Shown: positions 17,405 to 25,216 of the stretch, piece by piece
Layout of the letters: each line of letters opens with the position of its first letter
Position numbering within the stretch: the first letter of the stretch is position 1
Origin: Acidobacteriaceae bacterium
Lineage (GTDB): Bacteria; Acidobacteriota; Terriglobia; Terriglobales; Acidobacteriaceae
Assembly (NCBI GenBank): GCA_003134815.1
Contig: PLCO01000042.1
Location: 13,174-77,173 of the forward strand
Length of the DNA stretch: 64,000 nt
Direction: 5' to 3'
Position numbers and translations under genes: made by a program
Notes under the pieces: generated by a model
The model's input: the letters and a program-made list of their open reading frames with translations, nothing else
The model's database searches: none
Told to the model about the DNA's origin: nothing

Positions 17405-18238
17405 ATGGCAAACGTCCTCAATACCGATAAGCAAATCGCCGTAATCGCGGCGCTGGCCGAAGGTTCGAGTATCCGCGCCATTGAGCGCATGACTGGCACT
17501 CACCGCGATACGATCATGCGCCTAGGCGTGCGGATCGGGCAGGGATGCAAAGCCCTAATGGACTTCAAGATGCAAGACCTGACCTGCACTCGCCTAGAGA
17601 TGGATGAGATTTGGGGATTCATCGGCAAGAAGGAGAAACACGTCAAGCCAGACGATCCTGCCGAAGTTGGCAGCGTTTGGACGTTTTGCGCCATCGATGC
17701 CGAAACCAAACTGGTTCCCGCCTTCCGTGTTGGGGAACGCGATGCGGCCACGGCAAACGCCTTTCTGGACGACGTAGCGGGACGGATGAGGAATCGGGTC
17801 CAAATTTCTACGGACGGCCTCAAGGCTTACGTGGAAGCTGTCGAGCAGGCATTCGGGAGCGATGCCGACTACGGCCAGATCATCAAGACTTACGGCACGG
17901 AATCAGTCGAAGGCCAGCGCCGCTACAGTCAACCTGAATTCGTCTCTGCCGAAAAGAAAGTCATTGCCGGTCAGCCAAACTTCGACCTAATCTCTACCAG
18001 CTACATCGAACGCCTGAATGCTACGACTCGCCTTCACATGCGCCGGTTGACCCGGCTCACTCTGGCATTCAGCAAGAAGCGGGAAAACTTTGAGGCAGCG
18101 GTAGGTCTTCACTTCGCCTATTACAACTTCGTCAAGCGTCACAATACGCTGCGCTGCACCCCGGCAATGGCCGCTGGAGTCGAAAAGACGTTCTGGAGTG
18201 TGGGAGATTTGGTGGAGGCGACAGCATGGCCTACATAG
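17405..18238 (+). CDS. IS1-family transposase (single ORF)
   Basis: N-terminal HTH (IAVIAALAEGSSIRAIERMTGTHRDTIMRL) and InsB-like catalytic region (LEMDEIWGFIGKKEKH, FCAID, QISTDGLKAY, SYIERLNATTRLHMRRLTRLTLAFSKKRENFEAAVGLHFAYYNF). Start taken at ATG 17405. Confidence 0.9.
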   Translation: MANVLNTDKQIAVIAALAEGSSIRAIERMTGTHRDTIMRLGVRIGQGCKALMDFKMQDLTCTRLEMDEIWGFIGKKEKHVKPDDPAEVGSVWTFCAIDAETKLVPAFRVGERDAATANAFLDDVAGRMRNRVQISTDGLKAYVEAVEQAFGSDADYGQIIKTYGTESVEGQRRYSQPEFVSAEKKVIAGQPNFDLISTSYIERLNATTRLHMRRLTRLTLAFSKKRENFEAAVGLHFAYYNFVKRHNTLRCTPAMAAGVEKTFWSVGDLVEATAWPT

Positions 18239-18537
18239 AGGACTTGCGGGACGTAATCCGCAAACTCCACGGCGTAGAATCCACGCACCGTGAGAGCGTA
18301 CCGGTCAAAGAGGTTTTCAAGGGCAAAACAATATGGGATGGGGTTGTGGAAGTCTTTACGCTCCACGGGCATCCCACCGCCAACACGGCCTACGCCTGGT
18401 CCCATGCCACGGACGATCCAGACCACCCGAAACGACATGTCACTGTGCTACACGTTCCACCGGCGGTGTCACCAGAAACCGCAGTCAGAGCCTTTATCGT
18501 TCAGGAGTTCAGAGCCAATGCCGACATCGAAGCCTAA
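18226..18537 (+). CDS. Passenger gene: hypothetical 103-aa protein
   Basis: Balanced composition (MAYIEDLRDVIRKLHGVESTHRESVPVKEVFKGKTIWDGVVEVFTLHGHP...); overlaps the transposase stop by 13 nt, suggesting co-translation. Confidence 0.55.
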   Translation: MAYIEDLRDVIRKLHGVESTHRESVPVKEVFKGKTIWDGVVEVFTLHGHPTANTAYAWSHATDDPDHPKRHVTVLHVPPAVSPETAVRAFIVQEFRANADIEA

Positions 18538-18703
18538 GAAACCGGGACGCCCACGGCTCCCCAAAGGGAACGCTAAGGCTGTTATGCTCCGCGTTCGCGT
18601 CACGCCGGATGAACGCTTGGCGATTGAAAAGGCTGCGAAATCCAGCAATCAAACCGCCTCTGAGTGGATACGCAGCTTATTGAGAACCGCCATCGGGAAA
18701 TGA
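18518..18703 (+). CDS. Passenger gene: ribbon-helix-helix (CopG/MobC-like) small DNA-binding protein
   Basis: 61 aa from ATG 18518 (CAGGAG upstream): MPTSKPKKPGRPRLPKGNAKAVMLRVRVTPDERLAIEKAAKSSNQTASEWIRSLLRTAIGK; beta-strand then two helices, typical of the RHH fold. Confidence 0.65.
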   Translation: MPTSKPKKPGRPRLPKGNAKAVMLRVRVTPDERLAIEKAAKSSNQTASEWIRSLLRTAIGK

Positions 18704-19035
18704 ACTTGGAAAGGGGAATTCAAATGGAGTTGCCTTTAATCCTTATCTGCGCTGCATTCGCCGCAGGCTTTCTCTTTGAAATCAGCCTGCTTCTCAGAGA
18801 GTTAATAAGAACCATGAGGCGGATCGAAGCGCGATTAACGCTTCTCAAACCGTTGGAATCAGAGGCTAAATCCATCCGCGATGACCTTCATCTTCGGGTG
18901 ACGATCGAGGAACGCGCAACCCAGCCCGACATCTGGTCCCATAAGACCGTCGAAGAATTGCGCGGACTCAAAGGCGAAGAATACCGCGATCTCCGCAAAA
19001 TCCAACGGTTCACAGAAAAGACAAATCGGAACTAA
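18700..19035 (+). CDS. Passenger gene: small TM plus coiled-coil protein
   Basis: ATGA start/stop overlap with the RHH gene; MNLERGIQMELPLILICAAFAAGFLFEISLLL then a charged helical region. Confidence 0.5.
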   Translation: MNLERGIQMELPLILICAAFAAGFLFEISLLLRELIRTMRRIEARLTLLKPLESEAKSIRDDLHLRVTIEERATQPDIWSHKTVEELRGLKGEEYRDLRKIQRFTEKTNRN

Positions 19036-19307
19036 AGCGTATTGGCCGCGTTTCTTTCCGAAAGGATCGACAATTGAGTAATTTTGCTGATTGCTCGCTT
19101 CGGAATAGTGAGATCACCGCAACATTGGTCTGGATTCTCCCCGATATGTCCGGCCAGCGTTACGGATTCCTTGTCCTTGGCGATGATCCAGCCCACGGAA
19201 CGGCAGCGGGTCACAGCGCTTTCCAGTTCGTCGAGACGCACCCATCCTTCACCACGGCGGGAGTCAAGCCATTCGACAAGCACCAGTTGCCTATCGGGAG
19301 CGGCCAT
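19032..19307 (-). CDS. Passenger gene: hypothetical 91-aa protein
   Basis: Convergent with the plus-strand passenger operon (4-nt overlap); unbiased composition (MAAPDRQLVLVEWLDSRRGEGWVRLDELESAV...). No family recognised. Confidence 0.45.
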   Translation of the reverse strand: MAAPDRQLVLVEWLDSRRGEGWVRLDELESAVTRCRSVGWIIAKDKESVTLAGHIGENPDQCCGDLTIPKRAISKITQLSILSERNAANTL

Positions 19308-19529
19308 TTGAACGCTTGCAAGCGCGTATTGCAGAGGCAGCTACACTCCGTTCGCTGCGGGTTCGACCATACCGCCATTGTTGAGCAGCCCTCTTTGCAA
19401 CACGTTTTGATGTGTGTTCACATTTCATACCGTCATCTTTACTACAACTCTCGCGTTATGGCTACAAAATCAGTTTTCTCCCGCCATGCAATCCAATCGC
19501 CGAAATCGGAGAATAAGCCTGTGGATTTC

Positions 19530-19545
19530 AAATTAGGACACTACC
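19530..19545 (-). repeat. IS right inverted repeat (IRR)
   Basis: AAATTAGGACACTACC, reverse complement of IRL. Confidence 0.85.
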
Positions 19546-19553
19546 GAAGTTCC
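19546..19553. repeat. Right copy of 8-bp target-site duplication GAAGTTCC
   Basis: Identical to 16386-16393. Confidence 0.8.
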
Positions 19554-19676
19554 ATTAACCTCGACAGCCCCTTCCGCAATGCATTAGCGTGGCCCTGATG
19601 CCTTTTTCTTGGCTATCATGCGCCGACAGCGCCTTATCTGCGTCTTTCTATGCAGACACTCGTGTTCGGAGGATTC

Positions 19677-20468
19677 ATGCGGAAGTTTCTGCCGGCCGCC
19701 CTGGCCTTATTCATTCTCGTAGCCACGCCGGCCATGCGCACCCAGGCGCCAGATCCTGAAGCCGTCAAAAATGCCGCCCAGGCCCACGCCGCGCTTGACG
19801 CCATGGTCCAGGCTCTCGGTGGCGATCTGTGGCTGAACATCAACAACATGGAGCGCCATGGCCACATCGCAGCCTTTTATCAGGGCAACCCCAACCTGGG
19901 CACCGACGAAACATTTGAGTTTCACCAATGGCCGGACCATGACCGCATCGATGTGACCAAGCATCGCGACGTGGTGGAGTTTTTTGTGGGACGGCAAGGA
20001 TGGGAGGTCACCTACCGTGGCAAAAAGCCGCAGGACAAGGACATCATGGACGACTACCTGCGCCGCCGCGACCACTCCATTGAGACGGCCGTCAAAGTCT
20101 GGATGAAGGACCCGAACACAATCCTGCTCTATGAAGGCGAGCACATGGTGGAGCGGCACCTTGCCGATCAGGTCACGCTCATCTCGCCGCAAAACGAGTC
20201 CATCACCATTCTCATGGACGTCCAGACCCATCTGCCGCTTGCGCGCACCTTCCAGTGGCGCGACCCCGAATACCACGACAAAAACACTGATACCGAGGAG
20301 TACGACGACTATCACACCATCGACGGCTTCCCCACTCCCTTCACCATCACGCGCATGAAAAACGGCGATACTTTCCGCCAGTATTACGTCGACCATGTGA
20401 GCTTCAACCAAAACCTGCCCGCCGATTTCTGGGATCCCGACGCCGTCGCAAAGAAAATCAAGAAGTAG
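19677..20468 (+). CDS. Exported hypothetical protein (LolA/outer-membrane-lipoprotein-sorting-like)
   Basis: Start at MRKFLPAALALFILVATPAMRTQA (signal peptide); about 260 aa, beta-rich, acidic. The family assignment is tentative. Confidence 0.65.
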   Translation: MRKFLPAALALFILVATPAMRTQAPDPEAVKNAAQAHAALDAMVQALGGDLWLNINNMERHGHIAAFYQGNPNLGTDETFEFHQWPDHDRIDVTKHRDVVEFFVGRQGWEVTYRGKKPQDKDIMDDYLRRRDHSIETAVKVWMKDPNTILLYEGEHMVERHLADQVTLISPQNESITILMDVQTHLPLARTFQWRDPEYHDKNTDTEEYDDYHTIDGFPTPFTITRMKNGDTFRQYYVDHVSFNQNLPADFWDPDAVAKKIKK

Positions 20469-20563
20469 CGCAAAACCGCGGCTTCCGCAGCTTCCTGCGC
20501 GCGCCTATTTATAATCCGAACGAGCGTTAACCACACAACCCCACCGCTCCGAGGAGCCGCAGA

Positions 20564-21124
20564 ATGACGTTGACCATCCAGGAAATCATGGATTTCCTGC
20601 CCCACCGTTACCCCTTTCTACTCATCGACCGCGTGCTCGAGTTCGAGCCGCAAAAGCGCCTTGTCGCCATCAAGAACGTGACCATGAACGAGCCATTCTT
20701 CCAGGGCCACTTTCCCGGCGCGCCCATCATGCCCGGCGTGCTTGTAATTGAGGCGATGGCGCAGGCTGGGGCGGTGCTGTTGCTTTCGGAGATCGAGGAC
20801 AGGCATTCAAAGCTGGCAGTCTTTACCGGCATCGATGGCGCGAAGTTTCGCCGCTCCATCACTCCCGGAGATCAACTCCGCATTGAAGTCACCGTTCTGA
20901 GCTTTCGCCCGCGCGTCGGCAAAATGGAGGGCAAGGCATACGTTGACGGCAAGGTGGCAGCCGAGGCGACGCTTACTTGCATGATCGTGCCGCGAAGGCC
21001 GGAAACGAAATCAGCCGCGGACCCGAAAGCAGCCGCGGACCCGTCGGCCGGATCGGGCTCGTCAACAGGAGCGGGCTCGTCAGCTGGATCGGGCTCGTCA
21101 GCCGGATCGAACCCTAAAGAATGA
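20564..21124 (+). CDS. fabZ: 3-hydroxyacyl-ACP dehydratase FabZ with repeat-encoded C-terminal tail
   Basis: LPHRYPFLLIDRV...MNEPFFQGHFPGAPIMPGVLVIEAMAQ is canonical FabZ; an extra tail of about 40 aa is Ser/Gly/Ala-rich; ATGA overlap with lpxA. Confidence 0.95.
   Translation: MTLTIQEIMDFLPHRYPFLLIDRVLEFEPQKRLVAIKNVTMNEPFFQGHFPGAPIMPGVLVIEAMAQAGAVLLLSEIEDRHSKLAVFTGIDGAKFRRSITPGDQLRIEVTVLSFRPRVGKMEGKAYVDGKVAAEATLTCMIVPRRPETKSAADPKAAADPSAGSGSSTGAGSSAGSGSSAGSNPKE
21047..21109 (+). repeat. 18-bp coding tandem repeat (about 3.5 units) in the fabZ tail
   Basis: GCCGGATCGGGCTCGTCA / ACAGGAGCGGGCTCGTCA / GCTGGATCGGGCTCGTCA / GCCGGATCG..., encoding (A/T)GSGSS units. Confidence 0.8.
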
Positions 21125-21918
21125 CCGGCTCCGACCGAGGCAACTCAGTGAGCATCCATCCCAGCGCGGTCATCGCCGACGGTGCGCGCATTCCCAAATC
21201 GTGCGCCATCGGCCCATTTTGCACCGTGGGGCCCGAGGTCGAGCTTGGCGAAGATTGCACGCTCATCTCGCATGTAGTCATCGACGGACGCACCCGCATC
21301 GGCGCTCGCAACATCTTCTATCCTTTCGGCTCCATCGGCGTGGCCCCGCAGGACCTCAAATACTCCGGCGAGCCAACCCAAACAGAAATCGGCGACGGCA
21401 ACACCATTCGCGAATGTGTCACCATCAGCCGCGGCACCAACGGCGGTGGAGGCGTAACGCGCATCGGCTCGAACAACCTGCTCATGGCCTACGTGCACAT
21501 CGGGCATGACAGCCAGGTCGGCAGTAACTGCATTCTCGCTAACAACGCCACGCTCGCCGGCCACGTCGTCATTCAGGACCACGTCACGCTCGGCGCATTT
21601 AGCCCCGTCCACCAGCACTGCACGTTGGGAGAGTACTCGTTCATCGGCGGCGGCACTATCGTCACGCAGGACGTACTTCCCTACTCGCTCACCTCTTCGC
21701 GCCGCGAAAATCGCGCCTTCGGCATCAACAAAATCGGCCTTGAGCGCCGCGGCTTCACGCCCGAGCGTATTCAGCAACTGCAAAAGGCCTATCGGCTACT
21801 GCTCGCGGCCAAGCTCAATACCACGCAGGCTCTCGAAAAAATGCGAACGCTCCCGGGCGACGACGTGGCTCTGCTCGTCAACTTCATCGAACAGAGCAAG
21901 CGTGGGGTCATCAAGTAG
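21121..21918 (+). CDS. lpxA: Acyl-ACP--UDP-N-acetylglucosamine O-acyltransferase LpxA
   Basis: 265 aa; hexapeptide-repeat left-handed beta-helix (IHPSAVIADGARI..., MAYVHIGHDSQVG, LANNATLAGHV) and C-terminal helical domain typical of LpxA; follows fabZ. Confidence 0.95.
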   Translation: MTGSDRGNSVSIHPSAVIADGARIPKSCAIGPFCTVGPEVELGEDCTLISHVVIDGRTRIGARNIFYPFGSIGVAPQDLKYSGEPTQTEIGDGNTIRECVTISRGTNGGGGVTRIGSNNLLMAYVHIGHDSQVGSNCILANNATLAGHVVIQDHVTLGAFSPVHQHCTLGEYSFIGGGTIVTQDVLPYSLTSSRRENRAFGINKIGLERRGFTPERIQQLQKAYRLLLAAKLNTTQALEKMRTLPGDDVALLVNFIEQSKRGVIK

Positions 21919-21923
21919 GCGCG

Positions 21924-22982
21924 ATGGAAATCCCCGTATCTTCGCGAAAACTACTGCCCATCTTCGTCCGCATGGGGCGAAGTCGGACCAAATATAAGGC
22001 GGGATTTATCAGCACAAATGGCGAAGTAGTCATCCCGCCAACCTATGATCGCTCGCAGTCATTTAGAAACGGCAGAGCGGCGGTTCGGCTGGGCGAGAAA
22101 TGGGGCGCAATTGACGAGGCGGGTGATTTGGTTATACCCCCGAGATTCAGCGGTCCGCTTGTCTTCACTGAGGGGCTCGCGCAATTCACACTGCCAGGAG
22201 ATCGGCGCGGCGTAGTCGACCTCAAGGGAAATGTTGTCATCCCAGCTCGTTACCGATCTGTCAGCCACTTCGGCGATGGACTCGCATGCGTCCAGTCCGG
22301 CGAACTTTACGGATTCATCGATCGGCTCGGCCGGGAAGTGATTCCACCTTTCTTTGAAGACGCAAGAGCCTTTTCTGAGGGACTCGCAGCTGTCAAACTG
22401 GGAGGGAAGTGGGGATACATCAGAACAGACGGCACTTCCGCGATTTCGCCTCAATTCGTCTGTGAGCGCGCCATAGCAGGACCATTTCGGCAGGGGCTGG
22501 CGCGCGTCGCGAAAGACGGAAAATGGGGCCATATCAATCGTGACGCTGAGTTTGTCGTGGCGCCTCGGTTCGATATGGCCTACGAGTTCTCTGAGGGGAT
22601 GGCAGATGTCCAATTGGGAAAGCGATGCGGCTTTGTAAACTTGTTCGGAGAGCTTGTGATCGACACCATATATAGCCGCGTCGAAAAATTCTCTGAAGGC
22701 GTGGCCCAGGTGACCGCAGGTACGAACTATGTCGGCGATTCGAAGAAACTTCCATGTGAAGTTGGATTCATCGACAACGCGGGCAATTTTGCCATATCCC
22801 CTCGCTTCTTCCGAGCAGGGAGATTTCAACTTGGCCGTTGCCTGGTAGAGACCCAAGAAAAGATCGGATACATCGATCATTCTGGAGCTTTCATTTGGAA
22901 AGGTAGCCTCGTCGAACTCGGATCCTTTGATCCCCATCACCTGCTTCCACCGGAGACGGTCCAGAGAGAGGAATCTCAATGA
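21924..22982 (+). CDS. WG-repeat (KWG) containing protein
   Basis: Repeated about 35-aa units: WGAIDEAGDLVIPPRF, YGFIDRLGREVIPPFF, WGYIRTDGTSAISPQF, WGHINRDAEFVVAPRF, CGFVNLFGELVIDTIY, VGFIDNAGNFAISPRF, IGYIDHSGAFI. No signal peptide; ATGA overlap with lpxI. Confidence 0.8.
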   Translation: MEIPVSSRKLLPIFVRMGRSRTKYKAGFISTNGEVVIPPTYDRSQSFRNGRAAVRLGEKWGAIDEAGDLVIPPRFSGPLVFTEGLAQFTLPGDRRGVVDLKGNVVIPARYRSVSHFGDGLACVQSGELYGFIDRLGREVIPPFFEDARAFSEGLAAVKLGGKWGYIRTDGTSAISPQFVCERAIAGPFRQGLARVAKDGKWGHINRDAEFVVAPRFDMAYEFSEGMADVQLGKRCGFVNLFGELVIDTIYSRVEKFSEGVAQVTAGTNYVGDSKKLPCEVGFIDNAGNFAISPRFFRAGRFQLGRCLVETQEKIGYIDHSGAFIWKGSLVELGSFDPHHLLPPETVQREESQ

Positions 22983-23884
22983 AGCTCGGCCTCATCGCCG
23001 GCAATGGCCGCTTTCCCTTTCTGCTCCTCGATGCGGCGCGAGCAGAAGGCCTCGAAGTCGTCGTCGCCGCGATCAAAGAAGAAACCGATCCCGAAATCGA
23101 TCGCCGCGCTGAAGCCGACTCCGGAATTACCGTGCACTGGCTCTCGCTGGGCGAGCTCTCCCGGCTCATAGAAACCTTCAAAAACGCCGGAGTCGCAAAA
23201 GCAGTCATGGCCGGCCAGGTCAAGCACAAGCAAATCTTCAGTAGCATCCGGCCCGACTGGCGTCTCGCCAAACTGCTGCTCAACCTGCGCACGCGCTCAA
23301 CCGACGCGCTCTTGGGCGCAGTCGCAAAAGTCCTCAGCGACGAGGGCATTGAGCTCATCAACTCCACCACATTCCTCGATCCTTTGCTGGCCGAAGAGGG
23401 CGTGCTCACCAGCCGCGCTCCCGACGCGGACGAATGTCTCAACATCGAGTACGGCCTCGGTGTGGCGCAGGCCCTTGCCGCCTTCGACATTGGCCAAACC
23501 GTCATCGTGGCCGCGCAGGCCTGCGTCGCCGTCGAGGCAATGGAAGGCACCGACGCAACAATCGACCGCGCCGGCCGCCTAATGCGCTCAATCGATCTGA
23601 TGCAATCGCTCGACGATTCCAGGGCGGGCGACGCCGCAACCGAGCCCGCGCCAACCGCCCCGTCGCTCCTCGCCCGCCGCCTCACCGTCGTCAAAGTCGC
23701 CAAGCCCAATCAGGACATGCGCTTCGACGTACCCGTCATCGGCCAGTCGACCGTCGAGACCATGATCCGCGCCGGAGCCACGTGCCTTTCCATCGAAGCC
23801 GGCCGCACGCTGCTCTTCGACCGCGACGCCCTGCTCAAGCGCGCAAATGACGCTGGAATTACAATTGTGGCGGCGTCCCGGTGA
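22979..23884 (+). CDS. lpxI: UDP-2,3-diacylglucosamine diphosphatase LpxI (DUF1009)
   Basis: MKLGLIAGNGRFPFLLLDAAR..., VVMAGQV, GQTVIVAAQACVAVEAMEGTD: DUF1009/LpxI pattern, in a lipid A gene context. Confidence 0.85.
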   Translation: MKLGLIAGNGRFPFLLLDAARAEGLEVVVAAIKEETDPEIDRRAEADSGITVHWLSLGELSRLIETFKNAGVAKAVMAGQVKHKQIFSSIRPDWRLAKLLLNLRTRSTDALLGAVAKVLSDEGIELINSTTFLDPLLAEEGVLTSRAPDADECLNIEYGLGVAQALAAFDIGQTVIVAAQACVAVEAMEGTDATIDRAGRLMRSIDLMQSLDDSRAGDAATEPAPTAPSLLARRLTVVKVAKPNQDMRFDVPVIGQSTVETMIRAGATCLSIEAGRTLLFDRDALLKRANDAGITIVAASR

Positions 23885-23982
23885 TAGAGTGAAACAGTGA
23901 ACAGCGGCCGCTGGCCGTTTCCTCGGCTCCACTGTTCCCTATTCCCAAGCTTGAGGCTAGAAGCTAGCAGCTAGAAGCTACC

Positions 23983-24020
23983 TTGTTCCCTCGTTCCCTC
24001 GGTCCCTTGTTCCCTGCTTC
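23983..24020 (+). repeat. Tandem octamers NNGTTCCC x4 ending TGCTTC (GTCCCT-type micro-array)
   Basis: TTGTTCCC TCGTTCCC TCGGTCCC TTGTTCCC TGCTTC, immediately upstream of the bcp RBS (TAGGAGG 24021-24027); preceded by CTGTTCCCTATTCCC and an AGCT-rich duplicated segment GCTAGAAGCTA-GCA-GCTAGAAGCTA. Confidence 0.7.
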
Positions 24021-24034
24021 TAGGAGGTTTTCCC

Positions 24035-24562
24035 GTGAAAAAGCTTCTTCTTCTCGCATTCGCTCTGGCGATTGTCGCCGCAATCCCGTTCGTCGCCGTC
24101 CGCGCCGACGACTCCACCATGCCCGCCGTCGGTCAGCTCGCGCCCACCTTCACGCTGCCCTCGCAAATCGGCGAGCAGATCTCCCTCGATAGCTATCGCG
24201 GCAAGTGGGTCGTCCTCTACTTCTATCCCAAGGACATGACCACGGGCTGCACCATTGAGGCGCACAAGTTCCAGGACGCGCTGCCGCAATTCGATGCCAA
24301 GAACGCCGTGATCCTGGGCGTCAGCGTTGACACGGTCGACAGCCACAAGCAGTTCTGCACCAAGGATGCGCTGACCTTCCATCTGCTCGCCGACCCTGAC
24401 CACAAAGTCGTGAGCGCATATGGCTCGCTCGGCGGATTTGCCGGAATCACGATGGCCAACCGAAACACGTTCCTCATCGATCCTCAGGGCAAAATTGCCA
24501 AAGTCTGGGTCAAGGTGAACCCAAACACCGCGGCCTCCGATGTGCTCGCCGCGCTTCCGTAA
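24035..24562 (+). CDS. bcp: Thiol peroxidase / peroxiredoxin Bcp type, with signal peptide
   Basis: GTG start 7 nt after TAGGAGG; YFYPKDMTTGCTIEA peroxidatic Cys motif; N-terminal MKKLLLLAFALAIVAAIPFVAVRA suggests export. Confidence 0.9.
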   Translation: MKKLLLLAFALAIVAAIPFVAVRADDSTMPAVGQLAPTFTLPSQIGEQISLDSYRGKWVVLYFYPKDMTTGCTIEAHKFQDALPQFDAKNAVILGVSVDTVDSHKQFCTKDALTFHLLADPDHKVVSAYGSLGGFAGITMANRNTFLIDPQGKIAKVWVKVNPNTAASDVLAALP

Positions 24563-25124
24563 GCCGGCCGGCAACCTAATAGCAATATCGGCCCGTTCGC
24601 AGGGGCAGTTTCCACACACAATCCTTCTCCGGTGCGCTCCGCATCGGGGAAAGGAGAATACTATTTCAACGCAAACTGTGCCAACTCAAACTGCTCGCGA
24701 CTTTCGCGCCGAGCTGAGCAAGCTGCGCGCCGCGCTTCTCGCGCTTCCGCCCACCCTTGCCGACGTTCCCTGGCGCGCGGGCGGATGGACCCGCAAGCAG
24801 ATTGTGGGCCATCTCCTGGACTCAGCCGCCAACAACCGCCAGCGGTTCGTCCGAGCCACGATCGACGGCCAGTATGCCGGACCGGGATACGCGCAGGATG
24901 CCTGGGTGGCAGCACACGGCTATGCCGAGGCGGAGTGGGAAACGCTCTTGCGCTGGTGGCAGGCCGAGCACGAGATTCTCATGGCCGCGGTCGATCGGAT
25001 TCCCCAAGAGCGCCTTGTGGCCTCGTGCGTTGTTGGCGACGATGCGCCGGTCACGCTCCGTTTCCTCATCGAGGACTACGTCAGCCATCAGAAGGGTCAC
25101 TTCAAGCAGCTCCAAGCGGCCTGA
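24540..25124 (+). CDS. DinB-family protein (start uncertain)
   Basis: GWTRKQIVGHLLDSAANNRQRF ... IEDYVSHQKGHFKQL is the DinB pattern. The first 40 or so codons from ATG 24540 look non-native; in-frame ATT 24663 (6 nt after AAGGAG 24651-24656) or GTG 24678 are alternatives. Confidence 0.75.
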   Translation: MCSPRFRKPAGNLIAISARSQGQFPHTILLRCAPHRGKENTISTQTVPTQTARDFRAELSKLRAALLALPPTLADVPWRAGGWTRKQIVGHLLDSAANNRQRFVRATIDGQYAGPGYAQDAWVAAHGYAEAEWETLLRWWQAEHEILMAAVDRIPQERLVASCVVGDDAPVTLRFLIEDYVSHQKGHFKQLQAA

Positions 25125-25151
25125 TTCGCGCTCTAAGAGCACTTCGAACGC

Positions 25152-25205
25152 AAAAGGGCCCGGCAGGAGAGTCTTAGAATCAACTCGTCAAGCCGGGCCT
25201 TTCGT
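25152..25205. terminator. Possible bidirectional terminator between convergent genes
   Basis: AAAAGGGCCCGGC ... GCCGGGCCTTTCGTT: 8-bp GC stem flanked by an A-run and a T-run; the loop is long (27 nt), so confidence is moderate. Confidence 0.45.
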
Positions 25206-25216
25206 TCGCGCGTCCG

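Larger units (their letters stand above)
16394..19545 (+). mobile_element. IS1-family insertion sequence with passenger genes (3,152 bp)
   Basis: Perfect 16-bp terminal IRs (GGTAGTGTCCTAATTT / AAATTAGGACACTACC), ends fitting the IS1 pattern GGnnnTG, 8-bp TSD, single-ORF IS1-type transposase, visibly lower G+C than the flanks. Confidence 0.8.

Noticed and set aside
22059-22979. 306-aa minus-strand ORF opposite the WG-repeat gene
   Set aside because: It is a codon-aligned antisense frame of a gene with clear internal repeats on the plus strand, and the minus product has no features.
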